DNA of 64,000 nucleotides from an uncultured Planctomycetota bacterium (GTDB taxonomy: Bacteria; Planctomycetota; Planctomycetia; Isosphaerales; Isosphaeraceae): positions 160,001 through 224,000 of the forward strand of contig CAWGMQ010000005.1 in NCBI GenBank assembly GCA_963823665.1. Direction: 5' to 3'. A program made the translations under genes and the position numbers. Numbering within the stretch: position 1 is the first letter of the stretch; each line of letters starts with the position of its first letter. Below are positions 59,264 through 64,000 of this stretch, in pieces. The notes under the pieces were generated by a model that saw nothing but the letters and a program-made list of their open reading frames with translations, was not told where the DNA came from and made no database searches.

Positions 59264-62200
59264 ATGATGGAACGAAAACCGTTCGTCGAAGATATTCAAG
59301 ACTACGCCCAGAACATCGTTGACACGGTGCGCGAGCCCCTGCTCATCCTCGACGCCACGCTGCGCGTCCACTCCGCCAACCGCGCCTTCTACCACACGTT
59401 CCACGTCTCGCCCGTGGAGACCGAAGGCCACCTGATCTACGAGCTGGGCAACGGCCAGTGGGACATTCCCGACTTGCGCACCCTCCTCGAAGACATCGTC
59501 CCCAAGAGTTCCGTGTTCGACGACTTCGAGCTCGAGCACATCTTCCCGGTGATCGGCCGCAGGGTGATGCTCCTGAACGCCAGGAAGCTCCAAGCCGGCC
59601 ACCACGGCGAGCTGCTCGTCTTGGCCATGGGGGATGTTACCGAGCGCAAGCGGGCAGAAGAAGCGCTACTCAAAGCCGGGGCGTTGCAGAGCGCCATCTT
59701 CAACAGCGCCAACTTCTCGAGCATCGCCACCGACGAGAACGGCGTCATTCAAATCTTCAACGTCGGCGCCGAGCGCATGTTGGGCTACACGGCCGCCGAA
59801 GTGATGAACAAGATCACCCCGGCCGACATCTCCGACCCGCAGGAGGTGATTGCGCGTGCCGCCGCGCTCAGCCTGGAGCTCGCGACCCCGATTACCCCGG
59901 GCTTCGAAGCCCTCGTCTTCAAGGCCGCGCGCGGGATCGAAGACATATACGAGTTGACCTATATCCGCAAGGACGGCAGCCGATTCCCGGCCGTCGTCTC
60001 GGTCACGGCGCTGCGCGACGATCAAAGCGTCATCATTGGTTATCTGTTGATCGGCACCGATAATACCGCACGCAAGCGGGCGGAAGAGGCGTTACTCAAG
60101 GCAGGCGCCTTGCAGAACGCCATCTTCAACAGCGCCAACTTCTCGAGCATCGCCACCGACGAGAAAGGCGTCATTCAAATCTTCAACGTCGGCGCCGAGC
60201 GGATGCTGGGCTACGCGGCCATCGAGGTCGTGGACAGGATCACGCCGGCCGACATCTCCGATCCGCAGGAAGTGATCTCGCGCGCCAAAGCCTTGAGCGC
60301 CGAGCTCGCAGACCAAGATCACGCCGGGCTTTGAAGCGTTGGTTTTCAAGGCTTCGCGTGGGATCGAAGACATCTACGAGCTGACCTATATCCGCAAGGA
60401 CGGCAGCCGCTTTCCGGCCATCGTGTCGGTCACGGCGCTGCGCGAGGCACAAGGGGGAATCATCGGCTATCTGTTGATCGGCACCGATAATACCGCGCGC
60501 AAGCAGGTGGAAGCCGAGCGCATGCAGCTCGATCAGCGCGTGCGTGATCAACAATTCTACACGCGATCGCTTATCGAGTCCAACATTGACGCGCTGATAA
60601 CCACTGATCAACGCGGAATCATTACCGACGTGAACAAGCAGATGGAGGCGCTCACCGGCTGCACACGCGACGAGCTGATCGGTGCGCCGTTCAAGGATTA
60701 CTTCACCGACCCGGAGCGTGCCGAGGCCGGCATCAAACTGGTACTGGGCGAAAGCAAAGTCACCGACTACGAGCTTACCGCACGCGCCAGGGACGGCAAG
60801 GAAACCGTGGTGTCCTACAACGCGACGACCTTCCACGACCGCGACCGAAAGCTACAAGGGGTGTTCGCCGCCGCCCGCGACGTCACCGAGCGCAAACGTT
60901 ACGAGCAATCGTTGCAGCAAGCCAACCGCGCCAAGAGCGTCTTCCTTGCCAACATGTCGCACGAAATCCGCACCCCCATGAACGCCATCCTCGGGTTCTC
61001 CCAGCTCATGCTCCGCGACCAGGACCTCACCCCCCGGCAGGGCCAGTACCTCGGGACGATCAACCGCAGCGGCGAGCATTTGTTGGCCCTGATCAACGAC
61101 ATCCTGGAGATGTCCAAGATAGAGGCGGGCCGCACGACGCTGAACCCCACCACGTTTGACCTGCCCGCCCTGCTAGCCGACCTGGAGATGATGTTCCGCG
61201 TCCGGACGGATGAGAAGAAGTTATCGTTCTCGGTGGAGGCGATCGACGGCGTCCCTCAGTTCATCGTGACGGACATCAACAAGCTGCGTCAGGTCTTCAT
61301 CAACGTTCTGGGCAACGCCGTCAAGTTTACCGAGGAAGGCGGCATCGTCGTGCGCGTGCGCGTGGACCGCGCGGGCGCGACGGGCCCTTCCCTCCGGGTC
61401 GAAGTCGAGGACACGGGCCCAGGCATCTCGTCCGACGATCAGGACAAGTTGTTCCGGCATTTCGAGCAGACCAAGACCGGGCAACAGGCGGGGACCGGTA
61501 CGGGGTTGGGACTCGCAATCAGCCGCGAGTTCGTTCGCCTGATGGGGGGCGACATCACGGTGAGCAGCCAGGTTGGCAGTGGCAGCGTTTTCGCCATCGT
61601 CCTGCCTTTGAAGGAGGGCGAGGCCCAGGCGGTTCAAGCCAAAGACAACCCCCGGCACGTCCTGAGGCTCCAACCCGGCCAGGCGACGTGCCGCGTGCTG
61701 ATCGCCGATGACATCGAGGATAACCGCCAGCTACTTGCGCAGCTTCTAGCCCCGGTCGGTTTCGAGATCCGGCTGGCGACCAACGGAGCGGAAGCCGTCG
61801 AGGAGTTTGAGAAATGGCGGCCCCATCTGATCCTGATGGATTTCCGCATGCCCGTGATGGACGGACATGAGGCGATCCGTCGGATCCGGGCCTCCGTCGG
61901 CGGCAACGACCCAAAGATCATCGCCGTCACCGCCAGCGCGATGTACGACAACCGCCAGGAGTTGATGGAGATCGGCGCCGACGATTTTATCGGCAAGCCG
62001 TTCCGGGACATCGAGCTGTTCCAGAAGATCCACATCCATTTGGGCGTGGGCTACGTCTACGCTGAGGACCCCACAGCCGCGGCCCAGGAGAAGGTGGCCG
62101 AGCTCACACCCGAGTCCCTGGCGGGCTGGCCGCGAGACATCATCGACCCGATGCGTGAAGCCGTCGTCACAGCGGATCTGGACCAGTTGCTGGCAAGGAT

Positions 62201-62312
62201 TCAGAACGTTGAAGACAGCGAGCCCCGCATTGCTCAGGGGCTGCGCCGCCTGGCCGAGGGCTTCCAGTATCAGAAACTTCTGGATCTCTTCAGCACGGGG
62301 AGTACCCATTGA
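59264..62312 (+). CDS. Multi-PAS hybrid histidine kinase (HisKA-HATPase-REC), 1-bp frameshift near 60310
   Basis: Four PAS/PAC units; FLANMSHEIRTPMN, NAVKFT, DTGPGI, GTGLGL; receiver ADD..LMD..KP. Confidence 0.92.
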
Positions 62313-63538
62313 ATCCGGAGAAACCGAAAAGTGGTGCCGGCAAAACCGCCAGCATTTTGGTAGTAGACGACACTCCCGCCAATCTCCAGGTTCTGGCCGG
62401 CATGCTCAAGGACCAAGGGTATAAAGTCCGCCCGGTTCCCAGCGGCAAGCTGGCGCTGCTGGCGGCGCAGCGCGATCCCCCGAACCTGATCCTGCTGGAC
62501 ATCAATATGCCGGAGATGAACGGCTACGAGGTGTGCGAACACCTCAAAGCCGACGACACGCTCAAGGGGATTCCCGTCATTTTCATCAGCGCGCTTACCG
62601 AACAATTGGACAAGGTGAAGGCGTTTGCCACCGGTGGAGTGGATTACATCACCAAACCGTTTCAACTGGAAGAATTGCACGCGCGTGTCGAAACGCACCT
62701 CAAGCTCCGCCGCCTCCAAATCGAACTGGAGGAGGCTAACGTACGACTGGCGAAGGCCAACGGCAGGATGTCTCGCGACTTGAAGGCGGCGGCAAAGATC
62801 CAGGAGACGCTCCTTCCCCGAGAGGTACCTCGCGTCTCGGGCGTAGGCTTCGCCTGGTTCTATCGGCCCTGCGACGAACTGGGCGGCGATGGCCTGAATA
62901 TCATCCCACTCGGCGATGGCAAGTTCGGGCTTTACATCCTGGACGTCAGCGGCCATGGCGTTGCGTCGGCCCTGCTGTCGGTAACGCTAAGCCGTCTCCT
63001 CTCGCCCCCGTCGGAGCCGTCCTCGATCCTGACCCGGGACGGAGACGTTCGGGGGCGGTTCGACATCACGCCGCCCGCTGAAGTCGCCGCCCGCCTGAAC
63101 CGGCTTTTCCCATTCGACTCGGCGACCGAGCAGTTCGCGACGATGGTCTACGGAATCCTGAACGTTGTGACCGGGGAGTTCCGCTACGTCTCCGCCGGGC
63201 ACCCCGGCCCGGTGCATCTGCCCTACGCCGCAGATCCGGTGATTTTGGAGAGTCAGGGTACCCCGATCGGGCTGGCCGACGACGCCTACGAGGAGCGGTC
63301 GGTCCGCCTGGGCGCGGGAGATCGGCTTTACCTCTACTCCGACGGCGTCCCCGAGGCGATGGACCCCGCCGGCAAACGGTTTGGCGACGCCCGGCTCTTG
63401 GAGGCGATCGGACGCGGGCGGTCCGAACCGCTCAAGGACGGTGTTGCTACCCTTCTGGGGGAAATCGCACGGTGGTATGGAACCGAGAGCCCACAAGACG
63501 ATATCTCCATATTGGCGGCCGAGGTGTCGCCGCATTGA
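62309..63538 (+). CDS. Response regulator with a SpoIIE/PP2C phosphatase output
   Basis: VVDD, LLD, KP; LGGD, DVSGHG, SAGHP, YSDGVPE, DDISI. Confidence 0.93.
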   Translation: MNPEKPKSGAGKTASILVVDDTPANLQVLAGMLKDQGYKVRPVPSGKLALLAAQRDPPNLILLDINMPEMNGYEVCEHLKADDTLKGIPVIFISALTEQLDKVKAFATGGVDYITKPFQLEELHARVETHLKLRRLQIELEEANVRLAKANGRMSRDLKAAAKIQETLLPREVPRVSGVGFAWFYRPCDELGGDGLNIIPLGDGKFGLYILDVSGHGVASALLSVTLSRLLSPPSEPSSILTRDGDVRGRFDITPPAEVAARLNRLFPFDSATEQFATMVYGILNVVTGEFRYVSAGHPGPVHLPYAADPVILESQGTPIGLADDAYEERSVRLGAGDRLYLYSDGVPEAMDPAGKRFGDARLLEAIGRGRSEPLKDGVATLLGEIARWYGTESPQDDISILAAEVSPH

Positions 63539-63738
63539 ACGTCCTGCGTAATCCGGCTTTCGCGCAAGATGCCCTCCATCTAGGCTCTGCCGTCGCGTTC
63601 GGCCCCCTCCGCCACCCGATCTTCTGGTGCATCGCTTCCAAGTTGATGCACGGGGTTGCCTCATGTAGTGAAGTCCGAAGCGACGCCGATTATATTGGCG
63701 GTCAGACCACAACACCACAGTAGGCAGGAGTCGTCGTG

Positions 63739-64000
63739 ATGAAGCGAAGATCCTTCGTCTCGCTCATGGGAACTGGGGCCGCGTTGCTTCGCGGCGAGAC
63801 GACCCGCGCGGGTGGGGTGGTGCCAGAGCCGGAAGGTCGACAGCGTTCCGGCAAGCCTGTGAAGATGCACGTGGGGACCCAGAATGGGCCGACGACTCCC
63901 CGGCTGCTGCAATACTTCAAACGGCATGGGGTCAACCACATCTGCGGATATCCCCCGAACCCTGGCGCAAAGGGAGCTTGGACTTCCGACGATTTGCAGC
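63739..64000 (+). CDS. Tat-signal mannonate dehydratase-like protein (5' part)
   Basis: AGGAG RBS; MKRRSFVSL...MHVGTQNGPTTPRLLQYFKRHGVNHICGYPP; open at the window edge. Confidence 0.65.
   Translation, partial: MKRRSFVSLMGTGAALLRGETTRAGGVVPEPEGRQRSGKPVKMHVGTQNGPTTPRLLQYFKRHGVNHICGYPPNPGAKGAWTSDDLQ

Noticed and set aside
1..64000. tRNA, rRNA, integrase or complete transposase genes
   Set aside because: None recognised by eye; tRNAscan-SE and Infernal would be needed to exclude small RNAs.

Overview
GC-rich bacterial window, inferred to be Planctomycetota and most likely Isosphaeraceae-like (ECF sigma/Ser-Thr kinase pairs, DUF4058, XisH/XisI, futalosine menaquinone genes). Layout: ArnT-like glycosyltransferase; menG-ubiX-SDR, then ubiA/mqnP, then mqnE, separated by two accessory blocks; housekeeping genes; a minus-strand flagellar-derived cluster (fliF, mini-fliG, fliO/P/Q/R, flhB/A/F/G, fliA); a repeat-rich mosaic with gutted toxin genes and segmental duplications; an ECF/kinase/two WD40-metacaspase locus; more toxin-antitoxin remnants; a PAS hybrid kinase plus PP2C regulator; and the start of a Tat-type mannonate dehydratase. 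The best candidate for an undescribed system is the flagellar-derived cluster. It keeps an intact-looking FlhA export gate, MS ring, FlhF and sigma28. It lacks fliH-fliN, motAB and axial genes in the operon. Its FliG has lost the middle domain and most torque charges, FlhB has lost the NPTH autocleavage motif, FlhG has lost its P-loop Lys, and FliP has a degenerate Met gasket. Together this suggests a non-rotating, repurposed export machine. The second candidate is a receptor-kinase/exported-metacaspase locus whose WD40 repeats vary at specific codons. About nine 1-2 bp frameshifts in otherwise intact genes look like long-read indel errors. All homology calls come from motif recognition by eye; no database searches were run.
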